Shown here: in pieces, positions 63,660 through 64,000 of the stretch | Layout of the letters: the number at the start of each line of letters is the position of its first letter | Position numbering within the stretch: the first letter of the stretch is position 1 | From: Octopus sinensis | Lineage: Eukaryota | Assembly: GCF_006345805.1 (NCBI RefSeq) | Contig: NC_043002.1 | Location: forward strand, 49,166,001-49,230,000 | Direction of reading: 5' to 3' | DNA: 64,000 nt | The notes under the pieces: generated by a model | What the model saw: only the letters and a program-made list of their open reading frames with translations | Database searches by the model: none | Told to the model about the DNA's origin: nothing | Position numbers and translations under genes: made by a program

Positions 63660-63795
63660 ACTAAAACATACATTATCTATCCATCTATCCGTCTATCTAT
63701 CCGTCTATCTATCTATCTATCTATCCGTCTATCCATCCGTCTATCCATCTATCCGTCTATCCCTCTATCCCTCTATCCATCTGTCTGTCTGTCTG

Positions 63796-63850
<55 letters not shown>

Positions 63851-63905
63851 TATATATATTATATATATATATATATATATACATATATATATACACACAC
63901 ACACA
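63660..63905. repeat. Compound (TCTA/TCCG/TCTG)n then (TA)n and (CA)n microsatellite
   Basis: Read directly. Confidence 0.95.
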
Positions 63906-64000
63906 AATATGTACGCATTTAAGTACGTATGAATAAATATATATGCATATATGTGTGAGTGTGTATGTATTTAGACCCTCTGCACACAAACTAATGTTGT

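Overview
AT-rich, microsatellite-dense eukaryotic genomic DNA. The SINE families and repeat landscape fit an octopod cephalopod best (inference). I found no host protein-coding exon, rRNA, true tRNA gene or CRISPR array; the window is intergenic or deep intron built from nested mobile elements. The main feature is a full-length, very young 5,361-bp Ty3/Gypsy LTR retrotransposon of the CsRn1 lineage (20984-26344). It has apparently identical 418-bp LTRs, an AGTA TSD, a tRNA-Trp-type PBS, a CHCC Gag knuckle and an open 1117-codon PR-RT-RH-IN frame. It also has a candidate -1 frameshift cassette and a one-base break in gag. The most unusual signal is a perfect 75-bp-arm palindrome inside (TA)n at 19348-19501 whose arms each encode a complete minimal type I hammerhead ribozyme motif of the Penelope-element kind; two more long hairpins (47.6 kb, 59.5 kb) may be related. 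Also present: three R4/Dong-like non-LTR fragments, a piggyBac fossil split by an RTE fragment, hAT, mariner and CR1/L2 fossils, several MITEs including a 607-bp foldback with a telomere-repeat core, and roughly 30 tRNA-derived SINE copies, often in tandem trains. All alignments were done by eye, SINE boundaries are approximate, and no database searches were run.
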